DNA of 64,000 nt from a virus (taxonomy: Duplodnaviria > Caudoviricetes), in IMG/VR virus record IMGVR_UViG_3300015606_001334, positions 192,001 to 256,000 of that record; one strand, written 5' to 3'. This document shows positions 37,531-47,718 of the stretch, piece after piece (the first letter of the stretch is position 1; each line of letters begins with the position of its first letter). The translations under genes were made by a program, and so were the position numbers. The notes under the pieces are model-generated. The model did no database searches, was not told the origin of the DNA, and saw only the letters and a program-made list of their open reading frames with translations.

Positions 37531-38033
37531 TTAGACTTCCTTTCACCGGTCTTCTTATTTGGTTTGGTTCCATTTGAGGCACGGGTTCTTTTTGTCTTGT
37601 TCGCTGGCTTTCTACCACCAGCAAAGATTGACTGTTCGGTCAAGACACGGAATTTCATGCCGTTTGCTGCACAGAACGCCTCAGCTGCTTGCCACTTCGC
37701 ATGGTTAACCATAATTGCGAGCTTATCGTAATTGGAGCTACGTTCAGTAAGGACTGATTCCTTCAATGGCTTTACCTCAACCAATTCCTTGATAAGGTTA
37801 CCTTCTTTGTCCTTGTAGACGACGATAAAATCTGGGAAATAGTAATGGACTTTTCCGTCTGTAGGCTTTACATAAGGGATCTTGATTTCTTCTGATCCCC
37901 ATTTGTAGACACTTGGATGACTATCAAAAAATTTACAAACAGAAAGTTCCCAAGAACTTCTACAGAAGATGTTTCCTGGGTTGCCAAGGTATTTCCCTGG
38001 ATTTTTAGGTATGAATCTAGCTCTAAGTGCCAT
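37527..38033 (-). CDS. head completion nuclease (T4 gp4-like, TnsA-type endonuclease fold)
   Basis: PKNP.KY.G, RSSWE, W.SEE..IPY, YFPDF, EVKP, N.AKW.AA. Confidence 0.92.
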   Translation of the reverse strand: MALRARFIPKNPGKYLGNPGNIFCRSSWELSVCKFFDSHPSVYKWGSEEIKIPYVKPTDGKVHYYFPDFIVVYKDKEGNLIKELVEVKPLKESVLTERSSNYDKLAIMVNHAKWQAAEAFCAANGMKFRVLTEQSIFAGGRKPANKTKRTRASNGTKPNKKTGERKSK

Positions 38034-39211
38034 TATGGAATAATCTTATCAGACTGATCAGCCGGGTTGGAAGGATTAGAAGCCGCAGGTTCTGAAGGCT
38101 TCGCAATTGAGTTATTTATTCCTTGTGCTGCGGTGCGCAACGTATCTCTACCAATTGCGGTCGTTACTCGGCCAGCCATCGCTCCAGCAAATCCTGAGAG
38201 CTCGGATCCGACGAAAGGTATCTTGCTGACGGCCTTACCGATGATGCTTGATGCCATACCACCAGCCATTCTTGTGCCTGCGTTGATCACCGAATCGAAC
38301 AAAGAGTTCTTCATTGTGTCAGCTGCGGTCAAACCACCAGATTTTCCAGGACGGTTGCCCAAAATATCGGTCTTTCCCCACTGAGGAGATGGAGTTCCGT
38401 TGGTGTTTCGCATCTCAGAGACATGAAGAGAATCGTAGTCAAATTGGACAGTTAGACCATTTCCTTCACCAGTTTCATGATTCACTTCGTCAAAGTCGAA
38501 GCGGCTGATACGTGGGTTGTTGAAGGTGTACTCACACATTCTAGTACCATGTGCGAAGATCTGACGAATTACGATGGCTTGCAAACAGTTGTAAGCATCT
38601 CCAAATAGGACGCCTCGAGTTGCAGTGTCCATCTGATTCTCAAGAAGAGGGAACGAGAAGTTCATACCTGACTGCTGAGCTTGTCTCACATCTAGGCCGG
38701 TCGGAAAGTCGCTTCTTGAGATTGGGGAGAATGCTTTGCGATACGCGTTGAAGAAGTCGGTAGTGTTGTTGCCGATGTCGTCAATGAAGGTCATCGAAAG
38801 AGGTTCATGACGAATTTCTTTCAATACCTTGGTTCTAAAATTGTAGTAGTTGACGTCTTCGTAGACGAACTCAACTTTAGGTCTGTCGATCATCTTTACT
38901 AGGAAGGTAAAGGCGTTCTTCTCGCGACCTCCCATCAACTTGTCAGAGTATCGTGGATCAAATTTGAAATCCACCTTGAACATGAAGCGATGCTTTGGTG
39001 CATACTGAACAAGGTCGGCAGCATACTTTGTGGATTGCCATCTGCCCGAGAACGGTGCTGCACCCTCTCCTTCTTCATTTCCTACGACACTCTTAAGAAT
39101 GTCACCACCAATCGCTCCAATGGCTCTGCCACCAAAGTCGCGCACTGCGCCGCCGAACATGTCGTATGCGCTTTTTTCTAAATTTAGGTTTACACCCGGC
39201 AAGAGACTCAT
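38033..39211 (-). CDS. tail tube-fold baseplate/tube initiator protein
   Basis: K..F.V.F, V..IDRP, YN, P.SMTF.DD, V.F.YD tube-fold pattern; late promoter at 39239-39246. Confidence 0.65.
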   Translation of the reverse strand: MSLLPGVNLNLEKSAYDMFGGAVRDFGGRAIGAIGGDILKSVVGNEEGEGAAPFSGRWQSTKYAADLVQYAPKHRFMFKVDFKFDPRYSDKLMGGREKNAFTFLVKMIDRPKVEFVYEDVNYYNFRTKVLKEIRHEPLSMTFIDDIGNNTTDFFNAYRKAFSPISRSDFPTGLDVRQAQQSGMNFSFPLLENQMDTATRGVLFGDAYNCLQAIVIRQIFAHGTRMCEYTFNNPRISRFDFDEVNHETGEGNGLTVQFDYDSLHVSEMRNTNGTPSPQWGKTDILGNRPGKSGGLTAADTMKNSLFDSVINAGTRMAGGMASSIIGKAVSKIPFVGSELSGFAGAMAGRVTTAIGRDTLRTAAQGINNSIAKPSEPAASNPSNPADQSDKIIP

Positions 39212-39270
39212 TGTTAGTCCTTAAAATAAAGTTTAGAGTATTTATTGGAAAAGGTCAAATGCAAAAACAC

Positions 39271-39300
39271 GTTTACTTTCTTGAGATTTCAGTGTACAAT
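39271..39300 (+). promoter_or_regulatory. early promoter GTTTACT-N17-TACAAT of the rII island
   Basis: 17-bp spacer; heads the plus-strand island. Confidence 0.75.
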
Positions 39301-39307
39301 TCATAGA

Positions 39308-39712
39308 ATGAAGTTACTTACGCGCGAACAATTTAAGGAACAGGTGTTTGCAAGATCTGGTGGGAAGTGTGTCTTTTGCGACAAACCTGCCATTGATCCC
39401 CACCATATCCTCGACCGTAAGCTTTTCCCAAATGGCGGCTACTATTTGAGCAACGGCGCGGCTGTCTGCGAAGAGCACCATCTGATGTGCGAGTATACTT
39501 TAATCTCTGTTGAAGAAGTTCGTGAAAAAGCAGGGATAGATAAAGATGAACATGTTCTCCCTCCAGGCTTCATCCATCACGTCCATTACGACAAATGGGG
39601 AAATCTCTGTAATATCGACGGGACCAGATCGGCTGGACCATTGATTGGAGATGATGGATGCCTTAAGGCACTAAAAGCCAAAGGGATGATCAGACTTTTT
39701 AACCGATACTAA
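39308..39712 (+). CDS. HNH endonuclease-like protein
   Basis: VF.R..GKCVFC, DPHHI, NG..VC..HH. Confidence 0.8.
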   Translation: MKLLTREQFKEQVFARSGGKCVFCDKPAIDPHHILDRKLFPNGGYYLSNGAAVCEEHHLMCEYTLISVEEVREKAGIDKDEHVLPPGFIHHVHYDKWGNLCNIDGTRSAGPLIGDDGCLKALKAKGMIRLFNRY

Positions 39713-39721
39713 GGAAGAAAA

Positions 39722-42586
39722 ATGGACGAAGTTGTCATGGAGACCCAAGGCCTTGTGGGCCAAAAGGGCTTCACTATGAAAAATAGTGTAAAGGCGTTCA
39801 ACATCCTAAGCGATAGCCTTTACATGAACAAAGCTCTTGCTGTGATTCGAGAGTTGAGTACTAACGCTTTTGACGCGCATATTTCAGCAGGAACTCAAGA
39901 CGTTCCATTCGAGATTCATCTACCAAATGAGGTAGCTCCATATTTCTACATTCGAGATTTCGGTACAGGGTTGGATGACGATCAAGTCCTGAACCTGTAC
40001 ACGACCTATTTCGACTCTACGAAATCTGATTCAGTCGACGCGACTGGCGCATTGGGTCTTGGCTCAAAATCTCCTTTCTCGGTAGTCGACGACTTCACCG
40101 TCGTTTCTTACCAAGGTGGAAAGGCTCGCACATACTTCGCTTATAAGAACGAAGAAGGTTTCCCGTGTATCAGCTTTGTTAGCGAAAATGAAGCTGACGA
40201 ACCGAATGGCATGAAGATCCAGTTTGCCGTTCGTCGCGACAAGTACAACGAATTCAAAGTAAATCTGCCAATGGCGATTTACCACTTCAATCCGAAGCCA
40301 GCGATTCTCAACGTCCCGGTAAATGTAGCAAAAGAGAACATCGGTCTTCATGGCGAAGATTGGGAAATCGCAGAAAACAACGGGACTGGCTACTACCTTG
40401 GCGATAAGCCATTCGTAGTGATGGCTAGAATTTCCTACCCAATCGATGTTCTACAGCTTGAGCATCTATTCGACGAAGAAGATCTCTATCTTCTGAGCCT
40501 TTGCAAAGTTCCTCTTCGCATCTACGTCGAAAACCGTCAGGTCGACCATACTCCGTCTCGTGAGCATTTGCAATACACGAAGAAGACCGTTCGTACGATC
40601 CTTGCACACCTGAAAAAGATTCATGAAGCTCTAATGGAGCGAATCAACGAAGAATTCGGTGAGTGTACTTCTATTGCTGAAGTTGAAGAACGCTGTTTCT
40701 TCCTTCGCGAAGTTGACGAGACTAACATCAAGGTTGAGCCATGGAAGTCGATGAAACGATCTTTCGGAATTTCCGAATTCAAGCACTTCGGCAAGCTCTT
40801 CAATCATCCAGTAGACGTGAAGCTCAAAGGAGGTTTGACCACCAAGGTTAACCTCTACAGCCTCCATGAACAAAACCCGAATCATCGGCCAGCACGGACC
40901 GCTGCAGTAACTCTTGGTGAAATCACCGAACAGGGCGTAGCCGCTGAGCATGTTGCTCGGGCATGGCGTCGACTCCTCATCAAAACGATCGATAAATGGC
41001 AGTCTTCTACCAACACGGTTCCTACAGAAGAAGAACTCCTTGAGTCAAGCCAACGGATCGGAAAAGATCTTGAAACGACTCGCAACCAAATTTTGCGCAG
41101 TTTGAAAGAAAAGCTGAAATCTCCGTTGTACGACGCGAACAATGTCAGCTTTACCGAGAAGTTCTTGTCTACGGTTGATGATTTCGGCAACATGAAGGCT
41201 TCGCGGCTGTTCAACACTAAAGCGACGTCAATTAATGTCAGCATCAAGCGCCGCAATATTCGTCTTGGCTTCATTATTGATGACTATCCAAAGGATGTTT
41301 CGGCAAATATCCGCGCAGGTTTCATGCGAGCAGTCAAGCGGAATTATGTTGACTATCTGGTCGTTACTCATGCCCACCGTTCTGGTGGTCGATTTGACAA
41401 AGACGAGATGGCAGCAGTTGAGCTAACCATTAAGCAAATCGCAAAAACTCTCAATGCCGAAGTCATCAAAGCTTCTGAGGTTGATGTTCCTGAGGTCTTC
41501 AAAATTGCAGAACCGAAGACCTACATGTCAAAAAACGAATACTGTGCGTTCAACATTTTGACCTTTGGCGCAGATGAAAAATTACCAAGAGAGGAAAGGT
41601 TCTACGAAACCCCAGCTGACAAGATGGGGAATGATTTCAAACTTCCTGGCTTTGAAGAAAGCAATGTCGTCTACATTCGCAGACAATACAACCAAATGGA
41701 TTTGTTTGGTTCTGAAGGAGACCGAAATCATATTCGACATGAATACAAAGTTGGCGACTCAAGTTTCTTCGAGCTTGCTGAGCTGATCCGTGTTTTCTCT
41801 GCATTCTCTGGCGAGTATCTCCTCAAGGATAAAGTCTTCGTCGTAATCAAGACTAAGTCCCAGTTTGAAAAGGCGCAGAAGGGAAAATGGACTTCCTTTA
41901 CCGATCTTTTGATCAAAACCATCAAGGGTCTAAAGCAAGATAAGCTCGAACAGCTCGTAAGCTTGCTGTCTCTGTCGAATAGAAACGGCATTGCTGAAAT
42001 ATCCAGAACCATCGACGACTTCAATCGATATGCAACAGCTGGCGCTTTCCCAGTCAAGCTGCCTTCAAGCTCAATTGACACAGCAAAGAACTTCCTGTCT
42101 CCGATTTCTGGTTTGACCGCATCTATCTTCTCGACTAGAACTAAGATCATGATGGAAGACCAAAATCTGCAAGATCGGATCAAGCTCGTAAACGATCTTC
42201 CTGATTGCGATTACAAAAAGATTGTCGGATCTGCGGCACAATTCTTTAGTCATTGTGAAAAGCTGAAGGACCGTTCAAAGATCTTTTCTCAATTCTCAAT
42301 GAACACCGAAACCTATGGCTTCGGTCATGATGGAGCCCGCAGTATTCTTGCAGACAGTAAGTACATTTCAAAAATTCTATCGTGGGTTCTTGGTGAAAAT
42401 TACTATGTACTTGCCAAACAATTTATGATACAATGCAAAGATGTAGTTGAGAAATATCCCCTAATCGGCTCCTATGCTTCAAAGTACACGAAGCATGAAT
42501 CTGTTTTCCAAGCAGTGAATTACGAAAGATCAGCCGATCAATTCCCACACATAGTACAATACATCAAACTAGTAGAAGGAGTGTAA
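39722..42586 (+). CDS. rIIA: RIIA-like protein (GHKL ATPase N-domain)
   Basis: LY.NK..AVIREL.TNA.DAH, RDFGTGL, STK, G.LGLGSKSPF, PSRE.L; followed by rIIB. Confidence 0.92.
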   Translation: MDEVVMETQGLVGQKGFTMKNSVKAFNILSDSLYMNKALAVIRELSTNAFDAHISAGTQDVPFEIHLPNEVAPYFYIRDFGTGLDDDQVLNLYTTYFDSTKSDSVDATGALGLGSKSPFSVVDDFTVVSYQGGKARTYFAYKNEEGFPCISFVSENEADEPNGMKIQFAVRRDKYNEFKVNLPMAIYHFNPKPAILNVPVNVAKENIGLHGEDWEIAENNGTGYYLGDKPFVVMARISYPIDVLQLEHLFDEEDLYLLSLCKVPLRIYVENRQVDHTPSREHLQYTKKTVRTILAHLKKIHEALMERINEEFGECTSIAEVEERCFFLREVDETNIKVEPWKSMKRSFGISEFKHFGKLFNHPVDVKLKGGLTTKVNLYSLHEQNPNHRPARTAAVTLGEITEQGVAAEHVARAWRRLLIKTIDKWQSSTNTVPTEEELLESSQRIGKDLETTRNQILRSLKEKLKSPLYDANNVSFTEKFLSTVDDFGNMKASRLFNTKATSINVSIKRRNIRLGFIIDDYPKDVSANIRAGFMRAVKRNYVDYLVVTHAHRSGGRFDKDEMAAVELTIKQIAKTLNAEVIKASEVDVPEVFKIAEPKTYMSKNEYCAFNILTFGADEKLPREERFYETPADKMGNDFKLPGFEESNVVYIRRQYNQMDLFGSEGDRNHIRHEYKVGDSSFFELAELIRVFSAFSGEYLLKDKVFVVIKTKSQFEKAQKGKWTSFTDLLIKTIKGLKQDKLEQLVSLLSLSNRNGIAEISRTIDDFNRYATAGAFPVKLPSSSIDTAKNFLSPISGLTASIFSTRTKIMMEDQNLQDRIKLVNDLPDCDYKKIVGSAAQFFSHCEKLKDRSKIFSQFSMNTETYGFGHDGARSILADSKYISKILSWVLGENYYVLAKQFMIQCKDVVEKYPLIGSYASKYTKHESVFQAVNYERSADQFPHIVQYIKLVEGV

Positions 42587-42587
42587 T

Positions 42588-43712
42588 ATGACTTCAAAAG
42601 TCGCGTATATCGTGAAAGAACAAGGCGTCACCCTATTCAAGGATGGCCGTCAATTCTCTGCGCCAAGTGATTTTTGGTCTTTCAACCGAATCATTGAAAA
42701 GATCAAGAACCGTGATTTCGACGGAATCGAAGATCTATTCAACACTAAGGATGCAGTCCAACGTGTTGAAAAGGAAGTTAGCAAAGAGATTACTGAAACC
42801 ATCGGTGAAGAAGTTCGCATCGTCAATGGTGAAGTTTTTGTTGGTGAACGTAAGGTCTACAATAGCGTAACCAAGCGTTTGGTTAACATGCTTGCTGCAG
42901 GGTTCGACATCAATCCGCTTTCAAATTTCTTAAAGCGTCTGCTCAAGAATCCTTCCAAGACCGCTATCGAAGAATGCTATCCATTCATGGAAAAGGCTGA
43001 CGTTACGATCGACGAAGAAGGCTACATCATCGCCTACAAGAAGGTCAAGGACGACTACTTCGACATTTACTCCGGTACCGTCAATTACAACATTGGCAAT
43101 ATCGTTGAAATGCCTCGTAACGAAGTCGACGACAATCGTGCAAACCTTTGCTCTGATGGTCTACACTTCTGTTCCTTCTCGTACCTTGGTCATTTCGGTG
43201 CTGGTACCGGCAACCGAATCCTAATCGTCAAGGTCGACCCGGCGGACGTGGTTTCTATTCCTGCTGACTACAACGACGCTAAGGCTCGTGCATGTCGTAT
43301 GGAAGTTATCGGCGAAATTGAAGAACAGAAGGATGTTCTTGCTAAGACTCCTGTCTACAAGAAGACTGAATCTGCTCCAGCCAAGCTGATGAATGAAGTT
43401 GAAGAAACTGGAAATGTGGTATTTAGTACCATACCATATTTGGTCACAGATTACAAGTTTAGCGAAAGACTCAGCCAGAAGGCTGGTCGACAGCTCAATG
43501 TCATCTTCAAACAAGATGAAGATTTTCAAAATGAAACATTGAAAAACCTAACTGACGTTTACAACAACTTGGTTTCGGTTTATAATGTCATTCAAGATGA
43601 AGAACGCAGACCAACTATCGCAATGTTCAAATGCTCAAAAATTGACGCAATCGACCGCATCATCAACCTTAGCGGTGACATTGCAGTTTGGTACTCAAAA
43701 CTAACCGATTAA
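42588..43712 (+). CDS. rIIB: RIIB-like protein
   Basis: L.NPS, AYKKV..DY.D, MPR..VDD....CS.GLH.C, V.P.DVVSIP.DYN..K.R.C. Confidence 0.92.
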   Translation: MTSKVAYIVKEQGVTLFKDGRQFSAPSDFWSFNRIIEKIKNRDFDGIEDLFNTKDAVQRVEKEVSKEITETIGEEVRIVNGEVFVGERKVYNSVTKRLVNMLAAGFDINPLSNFLKRLLKNPSKTAIEECYPFMEKADVTIDEEGYIIAYKKVKDDYFDIYSGTVNYNIGNIVEMPRNEVDDNRANLCSDGLHFCSFSYLGHFGAGTGNRILIVKVDPADVVSIPADYNDAKARACRMEVIGEIEEQKDVLAKTPVYKKTESAPAKLMNEVEETGNVVFSTIPYLVTDYKFSERLSQKAGRQLNVIFKQDEDFQNETLKNLTDVYNNLVSVYNVIQDEERRPTIAMFKCSKIDAIDRIINLSGDIAVWYSKLTD

Positions 43713-43723
43713 AAGGAAATTCG

Positions 43724-44725
43724 ATGACTCCCATTGCTCCCCACTCTGTTGATCTTCTCGTAACTGGCTGGATTCAAGAAAACGATCTGGTCTATGTCAA
43801 GCTTGCTACTGGAAAGTATCAGCTTGGTGAAAAGATCTTCGACGTTCCCTACAATGGTGGGGAGCAAATCATCGACTTGGATCAAATTGAGAACCTCAAA
43901 AAGATCCATCAAGAACGCCGTTTGTCGCAGTACCAAAATGTCGACACGAAGGAATTTTCCAGCGTCGAAGATTACATTCTTCGTCGTCAAGGATTGGATG
44001 TAAAGCAATGGGATGAGACGAAAGAAATGGACGTTTGGCCGTCCATTACTGCTCGTCATGCATTCGAGCTGTTTACCGCTCTTTGGCAGCCAGTTTACGA
44101 AAACATCACGACTTTCCAGAATGTCAAGATCGTGGTAGAAGGTGAAGCTCCAAAAAACGACCATCCGTTCATCAAGCCGATTCGCAAGATTTCTGGCGAT
44201 TTGACGAATACTCTGTACACCTACGCAAAACTGTCTCATGTTATTTCGTTGGTGGAACACTTCTTCAAGAAGAACGGATACCGCCTGCTCGACCAAGAGC
44301 CTCCTTCGATGGGCAATCCGAAGGATATGGATCGCACTTACTGGTTGAAGGGCGGCGGACTAGAATTTTCTCGAATGTTTCCGTCTCGCGAAGCTGGTTC
44401 CAAGTACATCACCATTGAAATTCCTGGCTTGAAGCAGTACGAAAAGATCACGGGTCGTTTTACTGGAACGTATGATCAAATGGAAGCGTACTTCAAGGCT
44501 ACTGAAGAAGAAGTTCGAGCCATCCTTGGTTCTTACTTCAACAAGACTAGCTATTTGGAAACTATCGACAAGACAACTATCGGTGAAGCTTTGAACGGCC
44601 TTGAAACTTTGGCCCGTTTGATTCGTAACGTCGACTCAATGAAGAAAACCCAATCAGAATACCGCGAGGCGTGTCGCCAAGCAGATTCCCTCATTAAAAT
44701 GTTTAGAAAGGCAGCAAGCGAATGA
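43724..44725 (+). CDS. hypothetical protein
   Basis: 333-aa ORF with AAGGA SD. Confidence 0.7.
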   Translation: MTPIAPHSVDLLVTGWIQENDLVYVKLATGKYQLGEKIFDVPYNGGEQIIDLDQIENLKKIHQERRLSQYQNVDTKEFSSVEDYILRRQGLDVKQWDETKEMDVWPSITARHAFELFTALWQPVYENITTFQNVKIVVEGEAPKNDHPFIKPIRKISGDLTNTLYTYAKLSHVISLVEHFFKKNGYRLLDQEPPSMGNPKDMDRTYWLKGGGLEFSRMFPSREAGSKYITIEIPGLKQYEKITGRFTGTYDQMEAYFKATEEEVRAILGSYFNKTSYLETIDKTTIGEALNGLETLARLIRNVDSMKKTQSEYREACRQADSLIKMFRKAASE

Positions 44726-44949
44726 CATCAACTCACGTTGAAGTAAAAGGTACCGTGGTCCAAGGAGTAGAATCTCCTTCCTTGGATTTTCTCAAATCTG
44801 AAAAATGTACGAAGGCCCAACTCCAGGCAGCCTTGGTTCAACTGATCGAAATCGTGAACATGAACCAAATCGATTATCGTAAGTGGGCTGACCATGTCGA
44901 TGCCACCCTGGAAAATAAGCAAGATAAGCCGATTACCTTCGGGAGATAA
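44722..44949 (+). CDS. hypothetical protein
   Basis: 75 aa, ATGA coupling. Confidence 0.55.
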   Translation: MTSTHVEVKGTVVQGVESPSLDFLKSEKCTKAQLQAALVQLIEIVNMNQIDYRKWADHVDATLENKQDKPITFGR

Positions 44950-44951
44950 GC

Positions 44952-45275
44952 GTGCAGGTATGTAACACGCTCAATATCGTCACGAACTCGAATGGAATAG
45001 TTCGAGTTTATGCAGATGGTGGTATGGTTTTTGAAATCCAAGCAAGCTACGTGAAGACGGAAAGCTTCGTGGACTGCGATAAGCCTACTGCCTCTGGCAC
45101 GGTTCCAAAGGCTAAAAAGGCTTCACCTGTACCTGAAGAAAAACCGGCACCAAAAGGTCGGATCATGCTTGAGGATGGAGATTTTGAACCAATGTCTGCA
45201 GATGAAAAATGGAGACGTGCTAATTGGGACATCCAGCCTGAAGCACAACACGAACGTATGATGAGAAATCGATAA
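44952..45275 (+). CDS. hypothetical protein
   Basis: 107 aa, GTG start after GGAG. Confidence 0.55.
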   Translation: MQVCNTLNIVTNSNGIVRVYADGGMVFEIQASYVKTESFVDCDKPTASGTVPKAKKASPVPEEKPAPKGRIMLEDGDFEPMSADEKWRRANWDIQPEAQHERMMRNR

Positions 45276-45283
45276 GGAAAAAC

Positions 45284-45550
45284 ATGAAACTACTAGGAAT
45301 TTTGATTGCTATTGCGGGCGTTCTAACCGGCGTCTATGTTGGTTTTTGGGTACTGTTTGTCGGCGGAATTGTCGACATCATTTATGCCATTAAGGCTCCA
45401 GTTACCGAGGCTTCAGCAATTGGTTTTGCGGTGCTTAAAATCTTTTTCGCCGGCCTTGCGGGTGGCGTCATTGCATGGGTCGGTATCGCAATTGGCGCAG
45501 TGTTCGGCTTTACCACTTCGTACAAGTTCCGTTATCGTCACCGTCGATAA
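45284..45550 (+). CDS. small membrane protein
   Basis: 88 aa, two long hydrophobic segments, basic tail. Confidence 0.65.
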   Translation: MKLLGILIAIAGVLTGVYVGFWVLFVGGIVDIIYAIKAPVTEASAIGFAVLKIFFAGLAGGVIAWVGIAIGAVFGFTTSYKFRYRHRR

Positions 45551-45562
45551 TCAGAAGAGCGT

Positions 45563-45598
45563 AAAAGAAAAGGGAGTCTTTCGACTCCCTTTTTATTT
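45563..45598. terminator. bidirectional intrinsic terminator
   Basis: AAAAGGGAGTC-TTTC-GACTCCCTTTT between convergent genes. Confidence 0.9.
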
Positions 45599-45611
45599 GC
45601 CTCGTTAAAGC

Positions 45612-46025
45612 TTAATCTAGGAAGATTACGCGGGCGACGCCTGACTGTGCGTTAGTGAAAGTGATACGAATAGTATTTGCATCAACGATCTGTGTAGTGT
45701 CAGGGATTAGAACGTAGTTGTTCTCATCGAAGCACTGAACGATAACGTCATCATAACCGAGATTATGATTGATAGTCCAAATGGTCTGAGGCTCAGTGAT
45801 AGTCAAAATGGCCTTCTTCATGCCGCTTGCGACAAGAGAAGTAACCGAAATTGCTTGTAGTTGACCGTTCTGATAACCTAGAACTTGACCTTCACCAATG
45901 GTAATTGCATCAAATTGGCGTGGGCCGCTACCACGACGAATAATGACGGTTTCCTGAGGAACATCGCTATTCAAATAGCCACGTTTTGGAAGTTCTGTCT
46001 GGATAAAATCCTCAAATGCGCTCAT
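45612..46025 (-). CDS. virion structural/fiber-associated protein
   Basis: W.I.HNLG...V.V.D....I.PD....D.NT..I.F....SG.A beta domain typical of fiber genes. Confidence 0.6.
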   Translation of the reverse strand: MSAFEDFIQTELPKRGYLNSDVPQETVIIRRGSGPRQFDAITIGEGQVLGYQNGQLQAISVTSLVASGMKKAILTITEPQTIWTINHNLGYDDVIVQCFDENNYVLIPDTTQIVDANTIRITFTNAQSGVARVIFLD

Positions 46026-47665
46026 TATACGGCCTCGCTAATATCTACCTGTAGAGTACCAGAGGTGTTAGCACCTGCGTACGCTTGGTCAGTAATGAAT
46101 AGGTAACCACCGTTGACGTTGTAGTTTCCAGCAGCATCAGTAATTGTGAAGCCTTGGAATGCGTTTGCAGTGGAGTTCTGTAGGGTTAGGTTGTTTGCAG
46201 TGCCGGTGTACTTAGCAGTAACCTTAGCAATGTTTGCAACTGGAGTACCGATCGCAGCAAGCTGAGAGAATGCAGCGAAGGTTAGGGTTCTAGTTGCGAA
46301 ACCACCAACCACATAAGCTGCACCAGAAGTAATGGTGTTACCAGTTACACCTGCGAGGTTAGGTAGTGATAGTCCAGAGAAGTTGAAGGAACCCTTAGCG
46401 TCGGTATCCTTGATCACTAGAGTGCGAGACCAAGTTGTACCTGAACCAGTCCAAGAACCAGACCATGTTCCGCTTGGAGCGGTTAGAGATGGTGCAGCAT
46501 TTAGAGATTGGTTTGCAGTAATGGTTACAGTGTAAGACTGACCAGCAGCAGAAGAAATCAATCTAGCTGGAGAACCAGTGATAGTGATTGCTGCAGTTGG
46601 AGCAGTATCAGCGATCGAAATAGCTGCTGAACGGGTAGAAACTGCGCCGTTAGAAGCCTTAGTTGCAGTGATGGTGTAGTTGTTTACGCCAGTTACGTAA
46701 CCACCAGAAGCACGGGTAACAGACTTACCAGCTGCGTAAGTGTTTGGAGATGCAACGGTTAGGTTAGCGGAGGAGGTGTATGCTACAGTATCAGCGTTGG
46801 TGATAGTAGAAGAAACGGTTGCGGTTTCAGTACCCTTCAACGCAGACTGACCAGCTGGGTAAGCAATAGTGATAGTGCCAATAGTTGGTGCAGTTTGGTT
46901 TAGAGTTACAGAGTTACCGGAAGTAACGGTAGTACCGAAAGTTCCTAGAGCATTCTTAGCTCTTGCGGAAATGGTTTGAGCACCGGAGCCAGAACCGACA
47001 ACGAAGGTACCGGAGAAAGTACGGTTACCAGAACCTGCAGAACCAGTTGCGCCAAGAGTCATAGAAGACAATGCAGAAGCTGCGCCACCAGCGATAACTT
47101 CAACGTAGGTTGCATCATTTGGAACAACACCAGAAACTTGAACCACGTCGCCAGACTTGACTTCAGTTTGTGAACCTGGTAGAGCGCCGATGGTTAGAGC
47201 GCCGACGACTGGACCAGCGCCTGCTAGGTGAACAAGACCAGAAGCGGTAGCACCAGTAGAGGAAACCACATTGATTGTGGTATCACCAGCTGGGATAGTT
47301 AAGTTTGCGACACCTGTGTAAACGCGAGAAGAGTCAGAAGCAATTTTGGTTAGGGTTGCCTGAACTCCGTTTACCGTAACGGTTGGAGAATAGAATGCAT
47401 TTCCGCCTTCTGCAAAAATCTTAACGGTGATGTTCGCGTTGTCTGAAGTAGCTTCAGTTAGGACTGCATTTGCTGGAACAGTGTTTGGATCGTAAATCTT
47501 TTGTGCGACAATACCCGAAGATTGAGGAACGATGTCAGTAATGTAGACATTACCAACAATAACGGTCCCTAGGCCTGCGGAAAGCTTATTGTCAACGTAT
47601 TCTTTTGACGCGACACCCAACGGTAGTGTTGGATCGCTATCGACAATTGGAGCAAATAGTTTCAT
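46025..47665 (-). CDS. T/G/S/A-rich virion fiber or surface protein with Ig-like domains
   Basis: 546 aa beta-rich low-complexity sequence, ASKEYVD fiber motif, late promoter at 47697-47704. Confidence 0.65.
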   Translation of the reverse strand: MKLFAPIVDSDPTLPLGVASKEYVDNKLSAGLGTVIVGNVYITDIVPQSSGIVAQKIYDPNTVPANAVLTEATSDNANITVKIFAEGGNAFYSPTVTVNGVQATLTKIASDSSRVYTGVANLTIPAGDTTINVVSSTGATASGLVHLAGAGPVVGALTIGALPGSQTEVKSGDVVQVSGVVPNDATYVEVIAGGAASALSSMTLGATGSAGSGNRTFSGTFVVGSGSGAQTISARAKNALGTFGTTVTSGNSVTLNQTAPTIGTITIAYPAGQSALKGTETATVSSTITNADTVAYTSSANLTVASPNTYAAGKSVTRASGGYVTGVNNYTITATKASNGAVSTRSAAISIADTAPTAAITITGSPARLISSAAGQSYTVTITANQSLNAAPSLTAPSGTWSGSWTGSGTTWSRTLVIKDTDAKGSFNFSGLSLPNLAGVTGNTITSGAAYVVGGFATRTLTFAAFSQLAAIGTPVANIAKVTAKYTGTANNLTLQNSTANAFQGFTITDAAGNYNVNGGYLFITDQAYAGANTSGTLQVDISEAV

Positions 47666-47718
47666 AGATAGGTCTCTTTAAAAGGCTGGTTGATGATATT
47701 TATCTTTATGATTCTGTT

